Shown: positions 1 to 8,269 of the stretch, piece by piece
How positions within the stretch are numbered: the first letter of the stretch is position 1
Layout of the letters: each line of letters starts with the position of its first letter
Assembly (NCBI GenBank): GCA_964623415.1
Contig: CAZUUH010000001.1
Coordinates: forward strand, 1,305 to 65,304
DNA: 64,000 nucleotides
Direction of reading: 5' to 3'
Origin: an uncultured Candidatus Saccharibacteria bacterium
GTDB taxonomy: Bacteria > Patescibacteriota > Minisyncoccia > Phycocordibacterales > UBA9973
Translations under genes and position numbers: made by a program
Notes under the pieces: model-generated
Databases searched by the model: none
Seen by the model: the letters and a program-made list of their open reading frames with translations, nothing else
Told to the model about the DNA's origin: nothing

Positions 1-105
1 CATGGGTGCTGCCATTTGCAATAGAAAAGTGTCTACTGGTAGTAATGACCATGCAAAGGTGGGCCTGGAAATAACAGACGTTATCCAGTGACAGAGGTAA
101 AAGTT

Positions 106-150
106 GCGCCGGAGGAATATTCATTTTGAGTATTTCTTCCGGCGCTTTTT
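106..150 (+). terminator. Intrinsic terminator ending an upstream transcription unit (12-bp stem gcgccggaggaa/ttcttccggcgc with one G.U, then T5)
   Basis: Read directly: hairpin 106-145 followed by ttttt 146-150. The six-frame ORF at 104 starts with TTG inside this hairpin, so that N-terminus is spurious. Confidence 0.55.
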
Positions 151-181
151 ATATTATTTATTTAGTAGTATAATATATATT

Positions 182-1363
182 ATGGGTTTTTTATTTTCAT
201 CTAAAAACAATAAGACAATTGCCATTTTTGATATTGGTTCTGGTAGTATTGGTGGTGCAATAGTTAAAATAGGTTCATCTTCGAATCCTGTTATTTTGAC
301 TTCTGTGAGAGAAGATATAATTTTAAAGAATGAAGTGGATCAAAGTAGTTTAATTTCTCAAATGATTAAAACCTTGCATAAAACAGCTAGCAATCTTTTA
401 TATATGAAAATGGCTCCTGTAGATGAGATATTTTGTGTTCTCTCATCTCCTTGGTATTTATCAGAAAATAAAATAATTAATTTTACTAAAAAAAATAAAA
501 AGTTTATTTTTACAAAAAAAATAGCAAATAAAATTCTTCAGGAAGAAATTTCTGGGATTGTTAAATCTCATAATGATAGATATAATATAATAGATAATGA
601 TTACGATAATTCAGATGTAATTGAACAGCACGTATTATCTGTAAAATTAGATGGTAAAGATGAACTTAGTCCAATTGGTAAAACTTGTAAAGAGATTTTA
701 TTTGAATTAATAGTTTCTTTTTCTCCTAAATCTTGCATTTTGGGTATTAAAAATTCCTTAGGTCTAATTTTTCATGATAAAAAAGTTAGTTTTTTATCTT
801 TTACTTCAGCTACGCATCTTGTTCTTCGAGATAAATTACTAAAAAATAATAGCTATATAATTATTGATGTTGCAGGAGAAGTTACAGACATTTCTATTAT
901 TTCAGATGGGATTTTATCTCAAATGGTTTCTTTACCATTTGGTAGGAATAAATTATTTAGAGAGATATCCAATAAATTAAATATAGATTTAAGGGAAGCA
1001 AAAGAAATCTTTAAATTATATTCTAGAGATAATATTTTCGATGGGCAAAAAAGTAAAATTTCTCCAGTTGTTTATTCCGTAATTTCAAAATTAAAAGAAG
1101 ATTTTAATAAAGTGATATTAGAAATACCCAATATTAATAAGAATATACCTAAAAATATTTTTATTACAGCAGATGATGATATAAAAAACTTTATGTATAC
1201 GATTTTCAGTAAAGATTGTTATATTTCAAATAATAATCATAAGTTTAATGTAGAGAAGATAGAAGCTAACGAATTACTTTATCTATGTGATTTTGTAAGT
1301 GGTTATCATGACCCATTTTTAATGATTGAAGCAATTGCTATTAATAAAAAACTTTTTAGTTAA
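182..1363 (+). CDS. Actin-like (ASKHA) ATPase, FtsA/PilM-like
   Basis: N-terminal IAIFDIGSGSIGGAIV and later IIIDVAGEVTDISII resemble the two phosphate-binding motifs of FtsA/PilM. The first ATG after the terminator is at 182. Confidence 0.4.
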   Translation: MGFLFSSKNNKTIAIFDIGSGSIGGAIVKIGSSSNPVILTSVREDIILKNEVDQSSLISQMIKTLHKTASNLLYMKMAPVDEIFCVLSSPWYLSENKIINFTKKNKKFIFTKKIANKILQEEISGIVKSHNDRYNIIDNDYDNSDVIEQHVLSVKLDGKDELSPIGKTCKEILFELIVSFSPKSCILGIKNSLGLIFHDKKVSFLSFTSATHLVLRDKLLKNNSYIIIDVAGEVTDISIISDGILSQMVSLPFGRNKLFREISNKLNIDLREAKEIFKLYSRDNIFDGQKSKISPVVYSVISKLKEDFNKVILEIPNINKNIPKNIFITADDDIKNFMYTIFSKDCYISNNNHKFNVEKIEANELLYLCDFVSGYHDPFLMIEAIAINKKLFS

Positions 1364-1367
1364 ATTT

Positions 1368-2762
1368 ATGCCTAAAGTTTTAATGGAAGACATGAAATTT
1401 AATAATAAGAAAAAAACCGAAATTAAAAAATCGGTTAATAGTATTGTTAAAAATTTTGAAATACCCAATCTTAAGAAAAAAAATGAAAATAATACAAAAA
1501 CAGAAGTTGGAATAGAAAAATTAGAGCATCCACAAAAATTTAAAAAAGAAAGAGTTAGTCGTAAAAGATTGGGCCAAACACCTAGTTTTAAAAAGAATAA
1601 GAAAATTATTAACAATGCAACTTTAATAATTTTTATTTTTTGTTTTATATTAGGTATTTCTTATTGGGGAGGAGAGTTAATTTATAAAGCAAACATAAAC
1701 ATAAAGTCAAAAATTCAAGAGATAGATATTCAAGATAAAATATTTAGTGCAGTTAAAGATTCAACTAGTAATTTAATTAACTTTGAAATAATAATGACCT
1801 CAGATAAAAAGGTTAAAAGTTTAATATTAACTGATACAAAAGAAGTTTCTTTAAAATCAAAAGGAACTGTAACTTTTTATAATGAATTTAGTGCTACACC
1901 ACAGAAAATAATAGCTGGTTCTTTTGTTTCTGATGATGATGGTAAAGCCTATAAAATTGATAAAACAATTATAATTCCTGGTTACAAATTAGATAAAGAT
2001 AAAAAAGTTATTCCAGGTAAGATAAATACACCAGTAACTGCTTTTTTGGCTGGAGATATTTACAATGGTTTACCGGAAAAGATTTACATAAGTTCTTTTA
2101 AAAATACAGATAAATATAAAAAAATATATGGTTTAATGGAAGAACCGTTTAAGGGTGGAGCCTCTGGTCTTGTTTATTATCTTAATGATGAGAACAAAAG
2201 ATTTATTAAAGAGGTTGTAGAATCTTCATTAAAAAATGATCTAATAAATCAGGTTAAAGCAGAATTACCTAAAGGTTATATTTTATATAATGATGCATCA
2301 AATTTTTCTTACAAGATCGATGACGATATTTTGTCTATTTCTAAAGAAGCCAAGATCGATGTTTATGGTTACTTATCAGTAGTTATATTAAATGAAAATA
2401 GTTTAATAAAAGCTATAATGAAAAATTATCTTCCTGCTGTTTCCAATGAAAATGAAATTAAAGAAATAAAATTAAGCGGACTTAATGATTTATCTTTTAG
2501 TTTTAAAGAAAAAGATTTTGTAATTACAAAAGATGTTGAAAAAGTAGAATTTTCTTTAGATGGTATCCTTGATGCTATTTGGTATCCCGATTTAGAAAAT
2601 TTAAAGAATAAATTATTGGGAATTAACAAAAATGATGTTTCTAATATTTTTAAACAAGATCCAGGCATAGCTTCTGCTATTGTTAAGATTTTTCCACCAT
2701 GGAAAAATGTTCTGCCTAATAATATTTTAAGAATTAATATGATTAGTAATTTGACTAAATAA
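1368..2762 (+). CDS. Hypothetical membrane-anchored protein with one TM helix and a large extracytoplasmic domain
   Basis: Long ORF with one hydrophobic segment (LIIFIFCFILGISYW) after a Lys-rich N-terminus. The track start at 1326 is TTG, so the ATG at 1368 is preferred. No family recognised. Confidence 0.4.
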   Translation: MPKVLMEDMKFNNKKKTEIKKSVNSIVKNFEIPNLKKKNENNTKTEVGIEKLEHPQKFKKERVSRKRLGQTPSFKKNKKIINNATLIIFIFCFILGISYWGGELIYKANINIKSKIQEIDIQDKIFSAVKDSTSNLINFEIIMTSDKKVKSLILTDTKEVSLKSKGTVTFYNEFSATPQKIIAGSFVSDDDGKAYKIDKTIIIPGYKLDKDKKVIPGKINTPVTAFLAGDIYNGLPEKIYISSFKNTDKYKKIYGLMEEPFKGGASGLVYYLNDENKRFIKEVVESSLKNDLINQVKAELPKGYILYNDASNFSYKIDDDILSISKEAKIDVYGYLSVVILNENSLIKAIMKNYLPAVSNENEIKEIKLSGLNDLSFSFKEKDFVITKDVEKVEFSLDGILDAIWYPDLENLKNKLLGINKNDVSNIFKQDPGIASAIVKIFPPWKNVLPNNILRINMISNLTK

Positions 2763-2791
2763 GATTATTTTGTTATATTTATGAAATAAAA

Positions 2792-3007
2792 ATGAATAAA
2801 AATAATGATGAAAATACTGTTTTAGGTACTGTAACTGAGGCTTTACCAAACGCTTTGTTTAGAGTAGACATAGGTGAAGGAATTATTAATTTAGCTTATT
2901 TATCTGGTAAAATGAGAATGCACAGAATTAAAGTACTGGTTGGAGACAGGGTAGAGGTTTTACTAGATACTTATGGTGGCAAAGGTAGGATTATTAAAAG
3001 AATTTAA
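2792..3007 (+). CDS. infA: Translation initiation factor IF-1
   Basis: GTVTEALPNALFRVDIGEGIINLAYLSGKMRMHRIKVLVGDRVEVLL matches the IF-1 S1-like fold signature. Confidence 0.9.
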   Translation: MNKNNDENTVLGTVTEALPNALFRVDIGEGIINLAYLSGKMRMHRIKVLVGDRVEVLLDTYGGKGRIIKRI

Positions 3008-3117
3008 CATATAGGGCTTGCTTATTTTTACAATATAGTGTAGTATGACTTGATATGCTTAGTATGTTGTAAAATACAGGGTATAACCCTATATTTTTAT
3101 TTAGCGTAATTATAGAA

Positions 3118-3228
3118 ATGAAGATTAAATCATCTGTTAAAAAAATATGCACAAAGTGTAAGCTCGTTAAGAGAAACGGTCATCTTCGTGTTATTTGTTC
3201 TAATCCTAAACATAAACAAAAACAATAA
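3118..3228 (+). CDS. rpmJ: 50S ribosomal protein L36
   Basis: Hand-translated 36-aa [39 protein letters not shown] with the CxxC...C...H zinc ribbon of L36. It lies between infA and rpsM as in the canonical operon. It is shorter than the ORF-track cutoff. Confidence 0.85.
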   Translation: MKIKSSVKKICTKCKLVKRNGHLRVICSNPKHKQKQ

Positions 3229-3236
3229 TTTTATAT

Positions 3237-3617
3237 ATGAGAATTCTCGGTATAACTATTCCAAATAATAAACATTTAGATGTAGCATTAACATGCCTTT
3301 ATGGTATTGGTATTTCTAAGTCAAGAAAAATATTAAAACAAGCACAAGTTGAATTTAACTTGAAAAGTGATTCTTTAACTGTCGATCAAGAAAATGCAAT
3401 TCGTAAAATAATTGAAAGTATGACAATTGAAGGTGCATTAAAAAGAGAAGTTGCTTCAAACATAAAAAGACTTAAGGATATAAAGGCTTATAGGGGAGTT
3501 AGACACATGAGACGCTTGCCAGTTAATGGGCAAAGAACAAAAACAAATTCACGAACAACGAGAGGTAACGTTAGAGTAACTATGGGCAGTGGTAAAAGAA
3601 AAGAATCAAAAACATAA
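3237..3617 (+). CDS. rpsM: 30S ribosomal protein S13
   Basis: MRILGITIPNNKHLDVALTCLYGIGISKSRKIL is the S13 N-terminus, in conserved operon position. Confidence 0.92.
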   Translation: MRILGITIPNNKHLDVALTCLYGIGISKSRKILKQAQVEFNLKSDSLTVDQENAIRKIIESMTIEGALKREVASNIKRLKDIKAYRGVRHMRRLPVNGQRTKTNSRTTRGNVRVTMGSGKRKESKT

Positions 3618-3652
3618 TATCACTTAAAATATTTATCACTTAAATTATAACT

Positions 3653-4099
3653 ATGGGAAAAGTAAAAATTATTACAAAAGAAGAAGATAAGGAAATTATA
3701 GCAGAAGAAAAAGTTTCAAATATTGTTCATTCTGTTAAAACACCAAAAAAGAAAATTGTTGCAGGAACATTACATGTTGAAGCTACTTTTAATAATACAA
3801 AAGTTGTCCTATCTGATAAAGATGGTAATACGTTATTTTGGACTTCTTCTGGTTCACTAGGTTTTAAAGGAGCTAAAAAGGGGACACCTTTTGCTGCATC
3901 AAAAGCTGGAGCAGTTATTGGAGAAAAAGCTAAAGCAATAGGTATAAAAGAAGTTGATGTAGTTGTAAAGGGGGTTGGTAGCGGTCGTGAGCCAACAATT
4001 CGTTCTTTTATGTCTTATGATATAGAAATTACAGGCATTAAAGACATGACACCAGTTCCTCACAATGGACCAAAACCAAAGAAACCAAGAAGAGTATAA
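3653..4099 (+). CDS. rpsK: 30S ribosomal protein S11
   Basis: GTLHVEATFNNTKVVLSDKDGNTLFWTSSGSLGFKGAKKGTPFAA is the S11 core motif. Confidence 0.92.
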   Translation: MGKVKIITKEEDKEIIAEEKVSNIVHSVKTPKKKIVAGTLHVEATFNNTKVVLSDKDGNTLFWTSSGSLGFKGAKKGTPFAASKAGAVIGEKAKAIGIKEVDVVVKGVGSGREPTIRSFMSYDIEITGIKDMTPVPHNGPKPKKPRRV

Positions 4100-4103
4100 A
4101 AAT

Positions 4104-4718
4104 ATGAAAAAAGTTAAAAAATATAAAATCGGTAGAAGATTAGGAGCAGGAGTGTTTGAAAAATGTCAAACAACTAAATTTGCTGTTTCTCAAGCTAAGC
4201 ATATAAAAAATTCTAAGAATAAACATGCGAGACCACTTTCTGGTTATGCTGCTCAATTTATAGAAAAACAAAAAGTTCGATTTATGTATGGAATAAGTGA
4301 AAGACAATTTTCTAATTATGTGAATGAAGCTATTTCTAAAAAGAACGAATCGTCTTCTGAAACGGAGAGACTTTTTGAAATTTTAGAAAGTAGACTTGAT
4401 AATGTTGTTTATAGATTTGGTATCACTAATTCAAGAAGACTTTCTCGTCAAATGGTTTCCCATGGCCACATTTTGGTTAATGGTAAAAAGCTTACAGTTG
4501 CATCATCTAGAGTAAAAATTGGAGATATTATTTCTATTAGAGAAGGTAGCAAAAAGAGTGTTTTATTTGCTGATATGGTTAATAGAACAAAAGATTATAA
4601 TTGTCCTAACTGGTTAACTTTCGATGCAGAAAAACTTTCAGGAAAAATTCAAGGAAAACCTAAAAATATAGAAGGTTTTATTGATCTTAATACTGTTTTA
4701 GAGTTTTATAGTCGTTAA
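4104..4718 (+). CDS. rpsD: 30S ribosomal protein S4
   Basis: MKKVKKYKIGRRLGAGVFEKC..., plus an S4 RNA-binding domain. The ATG at 4104 follows the S11 stop; the track ORF begins upstream and overlaps. Confidence 0.9.
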   Translation: MKKVKKYKIGRRLGAGVFEKCQTTKFAVSQAKHIKNSKNKHARPLSGYAAQFIEKQKVRFMYGISERQFSNYVNEAISKKNESSSETERLFEILESRLDNVVYRFGITNSRRLSRQMVSHGHILVNGKKLTVASSRVKIGDIISIREGSKKSVLFADMVNRTKDYNCPNWLTFDAEKLSGKIQGKPKNIEGFIDLNTVLEFYSR

Positions 4719-4788
4719 ATTTAAAATATGGTTAATTTTTATAAAAATAATTAGGAGAACTTAATGTTTTCCAAAAATCATATAATTT

Positions 4789-5766
4789 ATGTCTGATTTA
4801 AATATAATATTACCATCAAAGCTATCTATAGTGAAAGATGAGGAAACAAAAGGAATCTATGAGATAGACGGTCTTTATCCTGGATATGGACATACTCTAG
4901 GAAATTCTCTTCGTAGGATAATCTTGTCTTCTTTACCAGGAGCAGCTATTACTACTCTTAAAATAGATGGAGTAGATCATGAATTCTCTACTATTGATGG
5001 GGTGAAAGAAGATGTCGTTACAATTTTATTACACTTGAAGCAAGTTAGATTTAGATTAACAACAGATGAACCTCAAACAGTTAAAATAAATATTAAGGGA
5101 CCTAAAAAGATTACAGCAGGAGATATCGAAACGAGTGGTCAAGTAGAAGTTTTGAATAAAGATTTATATATTACAGAAGTAACAACTAAGACTTCTTTGT
5201 CTATAGAGATGACAGTTGAAAAAGGTTTAGGCTTTGTTCCTAAAGATCAGCATCAAAAAGAGAAGAATGAGGTTGGTGTTATTTCTTTAGATGCTATTTT
5301 TACTCCAATTCGACGTGTATCTTATGAAGTTGAAAATATGCGTGTTGGTGATAAAACAAACCACAATCGTCTTCGTATGGTAATCGAAACAGATGGAACA
5401 ATTAGTCCTCGTGAGGCTCTTGAAAAATCAATTGTTATTATGGTTGAGCAACTAGAAACTATAATTGGTTTTACTGTTCCTAAGAGAGTATCAAAAGAAG
5501 AAGATGACACAAAAGAAGAAATTAAAGAAGATGAGGATAAAGACAAGAGTGATACTAGTGAAATAACAGATATTCTTAAAACTAGAATTGATACATTGAA
5601 TTTTTCTACTAGAACCTTAAATGCGTTAACAAGTGCAAATATTAGAACGATTGGTGGTATTGCAAGAAAGAAAACCGATGACTTGCTTGAAATTGAAGGT
5701 ATTGGAGGTAAGGGTATCCAGGAGATTAAAAAAGTTTTGAGTGGTTATGGTATAAATTTAAAATAA
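4789..5766 (+). CDS. rpoA: DNA-directed RNA polymerase alpha subunit
   Basis: EIDGLYPGYGHTLGNSLRRIILSSLPGAAI is the alpha N-terminal domain, and a C-terminal HhH domain (LNFSTRTLNALTSANIRTIG) is present. Confidence 0.92.
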   Translation: MSDLNIILPSKLSIVKDEETKGIYEIDGLYPGYGHTLGNSLRRIILSSLPGAAITTLKIDGVDHEFSTIDGVKEDVVTILLHLKQVRFRLTTDEPQTVKINIKGPKKITAGDIETSGQVEVLNKDLYITEVTTKTSLSIEMTVEKGLGFVPKDQHQKEKNEVGVISLDAIFTPIRRVSYEVENMRVGDKTNHNRLRMVIETDGTISPREALEKSIVIMVEQLETIIGFTVPKRVSKEEDDTKEEIKEDEDKDKSDTSEITDILKTRIDTLNFSTRTLNALTSANIRTIGGIARKKTDDLLEIEGIGGKGIQEIKKVLSGYGINLK

Positions 5767-5770
5767 ATAT

Positions 5771-6124
5771 ATGAGACATCACAATAATATTAGAAAATTT
5801 GGGAGAAAGATGAATCAGCGAAATGCTCTTATGAAAGGGTTGGTTTTAGCATTGATCGCTCATGGGAAGATAGAAACAACTGAAGCGAAAGCTAAAGAAT
5901 TACGCCCAATGATTGAAAAAATGGTAACTAAGGCTAATTTGGGAACTTTGTCTTCAAAACGCTTACTTATTTCACGTTTATACAATAGAACAATGGAAGC
6001 GAATAAATTAATAACCGATATTGCTCCTAAGTATAAAGGACGTAATGGTGGATATACAAGAATTACAAAACTTCCACGTCGAGGAGGAGACGCAAGTAAG
6101 ATGGCTATTATTGAATTTATATAA
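5771..6124 (+). CDS. rplQ: 50S ribosomal protein L17
   Basis: MRHHNNIRKFGRKMNQRNALMKGLVLALIAHGKIETTEAKAKELRP matches L17. Confidence 0.9.
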   Translation: MRHHNNIRKFGRKMNQRNALMKGLVLALIAHGKIETTEAKAKELRPMIEKMVTKANLGTLSSKRLLISRLYNRTMEANKLITDIAPKYKGRNGGYTRITKLPRRGGDASKMAIIEFI

Positions 6125-6128
6125 TTTT

Positions 6129-6476
6129 ATGAATAATTACGTTATAGATGCAGAAAATAAAATATTGGGTCGTGTCTCAAGTGAAGCTGCAAAAGCTTTA
6201 ATGGGTAAGAATTTACCTTCTTTTTCAAAAAATAAAGTGGCAGATGTTACAGTTACTATAATAAATGCTAGTAAGACTAAAATGTCCGAAGTAAGAATGA
6301 ATACAACCTTACACGAAAGATACTCTGGTCATCCTGGGGGTTTTAAGGAGGAGACAAATGCTAAGATTATAGAGAAAAAAGGGTGGAAAGCATTATATGA
6401 GATGTCTGTTTATGGTATGTTACCATCAAATAAATTGAGAGCTAAAATAATAAAACGTTTAACAATTAAAGATTAA
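6129..6476 (+). CDS. rplM: 50S ribosomal protein L13
   Basis: MNNYVIDAENKILGRVSSEAAKALMGK is the L13 N-terminus. The ATG at 6129 is 5 nt after the rplQ stop; the track ORF starts upstream inside rplQ. Confidence 0.88.
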   Translation: MNNYVIDAENKILGRVSSEAAKALMGKNLPSFSKNKVADVTVTIINASKTKMSEVRMNTTLHERYSGHPGGFKEETNAKIIEKKGWKALYEMSVYGMLPSNKLRAKIIKRLTIKD

Positions 6477-6481
6477 TAATT

Positions 6482-6898
6482 ATGGAAAAGAAAACAACAA
6501 CAAAAGATAAAGAATATTATAGAGCTACAGGACGTCGAAAGACTGCTGTTGCGGTTGTTAGACTATATAAAGCATCAAAGTTTTCATATACTATAAATGA
6601 TAAGGATTTAACTGATTATTTTAAAACTCCAGAATTAAGAAATATTGTTTCTGGTGCTTTTGATACGACATCACCAGTAGATAAATTTAAAACAGTTATA
6701 ACTGTTCGTGGAGGTGGTATTCATGCTCAAGCAGAGGCTATCCGACATGGTATATCAAGAGCATTGGTTCTTTATGATGGAGAATTACGTGGAACCCTTA
6801 AGAAAGCAAAGATGCTTAAACGTGACCCACGTCAAGTTGAAAGAAAGAAATTTGGTCTTAAAAAAGCTCGTAAGTCACCACAATGGTCTAAACGTTAG
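6482..6898 (+). CDS. rpsI: 30S ribosomal protein S9
   Basis: C-terminal KKFGLKKARKSPQWSKR is the hallmark S9 tail. Confidence 0.9.
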   Translation: MEKKTTTKDKEYYRATGRRKTAVAVVRLYKASKFSYTINDKDLTDYFKTPELRNIVSGAFDTTSPVDKFKTVITVRGGGIHAQAEAIRHGISRALVLYDGELRGTLKKAKMLKRDPRQVERKKFGLKKARKSPQWSKR

Positions 6899-6904
6899 AT
6901 TATA

Positions 6905-6942
6905 CAAAAATCAGAGACTTGAAAAAGTCTCTGATTTTTGTA
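6905..6942 (+). terminator. Intrinsic terminator after rpsI (14-bp stem aaaatcagagactt/aagtctctgatttt, loop gaaa, U-tail)
   Basis: Perfect inverted repeat read from the sequence, immediately after the rpsI stop. Confidence 0.6.
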
Positions 6943-6953
6943 TAATCTCTTAT

Positions 6954-7559
6954 ATGAAAGAAGAAAATAAAAATAAAACAATAATTAATGATTCAGAAAA
7001 TCAAATACAAGATGAAATTGTAAATGATTTAGAGTTTATTGAAACCAATGAAGAAGGGGAGTCTCTATTACCTAAAGATACAATCAAAAAATTAAAAGAA
7101 GAGATCAAGAATTTAAAAAAAGAAAAAGAAGAGTATCTTACTGGTTGGCAAAGAGCTAAAGCTGACTATATTAATTTACAAAAAGAATACGGAGATTCTC
7201 ATGCAAGAAGTTCTGTTTTAGTAAAAGAAAGATTTTTAAAAAGTTTACTTGCAGCAATAGATAGTTTTGATATAGCTTTTAAAAATAAAGAATCTTGGGA
7301 AAAAGTAGATAAGAACTGGCGAGTAGGTGTAGAATATATATATCAACAATTAATGACAGGTCTTTCTGATGAAGGAATAGATAAGATTGATGACATAAAT
7401 GCTAGTTTTGACCCTAAAATACATGAATCTGTTGATGTAGTAGAAACTAAAACAAAAGAACAAGATCATAAGATTGCAGATATAATACAAGTGGGGTACA
7501 AGATTGGTTCAAGAGTAATACGACCAGCTAGAATAAATATTTTTGAGTATAAAGATTAA
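6954..7559 (+). CDS. grpE: Nucleotide exchange factor GrpE
   Basis: Coiled-coil N-terminus, LTGWQRAKADYINLQKEY and a C-terminal IIQVGYKIGSRVIRPARI beta-domain are typical of GrpE. The ATG at 6954 follows the terminator; the track ORF start at 6708 overlaps rpsI and is spurious. Confidence 0.8.
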   Translation: MKEENKNKTIINDSENQIQDEIVNDLEFIETNEEGESLLPKDTIKKLKEEIKNLKKEKEEYLTGWQRAKADYINLQKEYGDSHARSSVLVKERFLKSLLAAIDSFDIAFKNKESWEKVDKNWRVGVEYIYQQLMTGLSDEGIDKIDDINASFDPKIHESVDVVETKTKEQDHKIADIIQVGYKIGSRVIRPARINIFEYKD

Positions 7560-8077
7560 ATAAATAAAGTTTTAATAAATTCTCTTCTTGTTTCTTCGTC
7601 TATTTTATCTGTAACCATTATCATTATTTCGGTTTTTAGACCAAGATCTTTTTTTATATTTGTAAATAAATGTTCGAATGGATAGATTGAAATCCAGACA
7701 GAATTTTTTATACAAACAAACTCGGCCTTCTTTAAAAGATAACGTAGCGCTTCACGTTCATTTTTTCTTTCTTCTGGAAGATCAAGCAATATTATTCTGA
7801 AATATCCATCCCATTCTGTTGAAACGAGACCATTTTCATTTTCTAAGTATAATTGATTTAGTTTATGCTTTCCTTCTTTGGTTAAGCGTATATATTCACA
7901 GTTATCTGATGAAATAGACTCAAGTAATCCATCTGCTTTCATATTTTTTATAGAACGAGAAATCGCATATTTATCCTTTGGGTTTTTGGTATTATTGTGT
8001 AATGTATCAAAAGGCACAGCTTTTTTCCCGGCTAATTTCTTTAAAATACCCCTAGAAATATTGGATTTTTTTACCAT
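7556..8077 (-). CDS. Putative transcriptional regulator: N-terminal winged HTH plus a C-terminal Cas2-like-fold (PaaX-type middle) domain
   Basis: The C-terminal RIILLDLPEERKNEREALRYLLKKAEFVCIKNSVWIS fits the Cas2/PaaX-middle-domain pattern (beta-strand with D, an Arg/Lys helix, G.r.Q.SV). It is a paralog of the gene at 15414..15914. It lies divergent from dnaK. Confidence 0.45.
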   Translation of the reverse strand: MVKKSNISRGILKKLAGKKAVPFDTLHNNTKNPKDKYAISRSIKNMKADGLLESISSDNCEYIRLTKEGKHKLNQLYLENENGLVSTEWDGYFRIILLDLPEERKNEREALRYLLKKAEFVCIKNSVWISIYPFEHLFTNIKKDLGLKTEIMIMVTDKIDEETRREFIKTLFI

Positions 8078-8110
8078 ATAATTATATTATAACATTTTAT
8101 TAGATATTAT

Positions 8111-8165
8111 ACAAGTATTTTGCGGTCACTAAATACTTGTCAAAAATAAAAGATTGGTATATACT
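8111..8165. promoter_or_regulatory. Palindromic operator (acaagtattt-N10-aaatacttgt) overlapping a sigma70-like promoter for dnaK (TTGTCA-17-TATACT)
   Basis: Perfect 10-bp arms at 8111-8120 and 8131-8140. The -35 is at 8137-8142, the 17-nt spacer follows, and the -10 is at 8160-8165. This sits in the divergent intergenic region between the regulator gene and dnaK. Confidence 0.45.
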
Positions 8166-8269
8166 TACTAAATAAAAGATTAAAAATATAAATAGCTCTT
8201 TCTTAAGACTATTAAGTTTTTAATTTATAAATTTAATAAAAAATTATTAGTTAATTTTATAAAAAATAT

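Noticed and set aside
1-105. Identification of the first ~100 nt as SRP RNA, RNase P RNA or tmRNA 3' end
   Set aside because: It has only a GGTGCTG heptamer in common with SRP RNA and none of the RNase P P4 or tmRNA T-arm consensus. The fragment is truncated, so no RNA family could be assigned.
1319-1615. Numerous 60-120-aa antisense or overlapping ORFs in the six-frame track, for example 1319..1615-, 8618..8833-, 9280..9501-, 12201..12557-, 27309..27752- and 47882..48173-
   Set aside because: They lie inside or antisense to well-conserved genes, are low-complexity (Phe/Leu/Ile/Ser-rich, as expected from AT-rich antisense frames), and have no plausible starts or SD sequences. They are treated as non-coding.
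6708-6953. The N-terminal 82 codons of track ORF 6708..7559, overlapping rpsI in another frame
   Set aside because: rpsI is strongly supported and a terminator follows it. GrpE homology begins at the ATG at 6954, so the upstream extension is an open-frame artefact.
8078-8269. CIRCE (HrcA operator) element upstream of dnaK
   Set aside because: No TTAGCACTC-N9-GAGTGCTAA-like sequence is present. Only the different palindrome acaagtattt-N10-aaatacttgt is there.
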